A stretch of 64,000 nucleotides of DNA from assembly GCA_010356995.1 (NCBI GenBank), contig ML996689.1, positions 293,873 through 357,872 on the forward strand. The letters are read 5' to 3'. The position numbers and the translations under genes were made by a program. Every line of letters starts with the position of its first letter. Positions within the stretch are counted from its first letter, which is position 1. Of the stretch, positions 62,944 to 64,000 are shown piece after piece. A model generated the notes under the pieces. The model was given only the letters and a program-made list of their open reading frames with translations. It was not told where the DNA came from and made no database searches. This DNA is from Trichodelitschia bisporula (taxonomy: Eukaryota).

Positions 62944-64000
62944 ACTCGAGGGCGGGGGTGCAAAAGGCGGTGGTCGAATCGGATCAATCTCCAAAGGGGT
63001 AACGTCGCTAAATGACGTTGCTCAAGCACAGTCGAGGATTTTTCTATTCCAAGGTTGCAGAGGCGCAAAGGTCGGCCGAACTGCGAATGCGGTGGTATGC
63101 GGGAAGGGGGACGGGTGTTTGGGGTGGGGGGTTGGTTGGCCGGAAGGCGAGTAGCTGGCAGCACTTCAACCCAGCGACATGAAAACGATCGACGATCAAA
63201 AACAGCCACCTTTCTGGGGGAGGTAAATGTATGGTTAACTATGCTCGTACAGAGACAGTGGAGAAGAGACTCGAAGGAGCCGAATTAGTGATGGGGCTTC
63301 AAGAAGCGTGGATGGTGTTGTTACACAGCACGCTAACGGAGCATAAACCCATGCAACTTGTGCATTGCGCCAAGCCAGGCCTCCCTCGACCTTCCCCAGT
63401 GCAAAAAGTCCAAACAAACCCCAGCCGAGCGGGGGCACGGCTTTTTCCCCAACGGTCGGAGTTTGGCGCCGACACATGTACAAAGCCGGTTTGGGAGGTT
63501 ATGTCCATGAATTTCTTTGGTTTACTAATAGCGCCCTGCCTTGTTGTGCGAGTGTCCAGAAGCGCCAGAGAATGGCGTTGGTCGGGATGGCCGCTGCGGC
63601 TGCGGCTACGGCGCTGGCAGCAACACTGGCTGCAGCAAGCACGCAGCAGTGACGTCGCACAAAACTACGCCAGAAGCCAGACATTGGACGGACTGGCGCG
63701 GAGTGATTGAGAGGCGGGGGGATAAACGAAAAAATGGATGATCTGGAGGATAGATTGGGCGGTGAACTGAAGCTACGGTACTTGTCACTAATGGGGAACG
63801 AGATCAGATGGGATCTAAGCACGCGAAGATGAAGGCAAGGAGACTCGTCTATATCAAAAAAGCCATGTCGTCCAGCCTTCAGATCCCGTGATTTCTAGTT
63901 TCGACCACACTTCGTCAATGCTCAACCTTAACCGCAACTTCAACTTCTACCTCCCTCTCTTCCCTCTCCTTAAGGCATACTATAGTACACAATAGAGCTT

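Noticed and set aside
63231..63822. ORFs upstream of eed near the window end
   Set aside because: No recognisable domains; the Ala-rich frames come from GCN-rich low-complexity sequence

Overview
Gene-dense, GC-rich eukaryotic DNA from a filamentous ascomycete (Pezizomycotina). Evidence is the short 42-130 nt GT-AG introns with CTRAC branch sites and the fungal protein families. About 25 protein-coding genes can be modelled by hand: a partial Pho85-type cyclin; a probable catabolic mini-cluster (small hypothetical protein, DUF3500, FAH-family hydrolase, nitronate monooxygenase); HPPK-DHPS; a DUF2415 WD protein; mitochondrial Hsp70; a RanBD1 nucleoporin; a 1322-aa repeat-rich orphan; SurE; MAPEG; Snu71/RBM25; bS21m; a membrane protein; PGI; Ypk1; Ada2; a hypothetical protein; GH47; a small mitochondrial-type protein; sororin-like and ECM11-domain proteins; an M3 oligopeptidase; a Zn2Cys6 factor; and Polycomb EED. 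I recognised no tRNA, rRNA, CRISPR array or intact transposon. The most striking unexplained signals are: (1) a ~1.65 kb stretch with no ATG upstream of the Zn2Cys6 gene, whose last 163 codons are open in frame with the CDS; (2) a probable CUG-initiated hydrophobic N-terminal extension of the M3 peptidase; (3) an unusually long, structured intron with a duplicated CGG-N8-CCG motif in the same gene; (4) the DUF3500 cluster; and (5) the repeat-built orphan with a possibly decayed 3' tail. All family calls come from motif recognition by eye; no searches were run.
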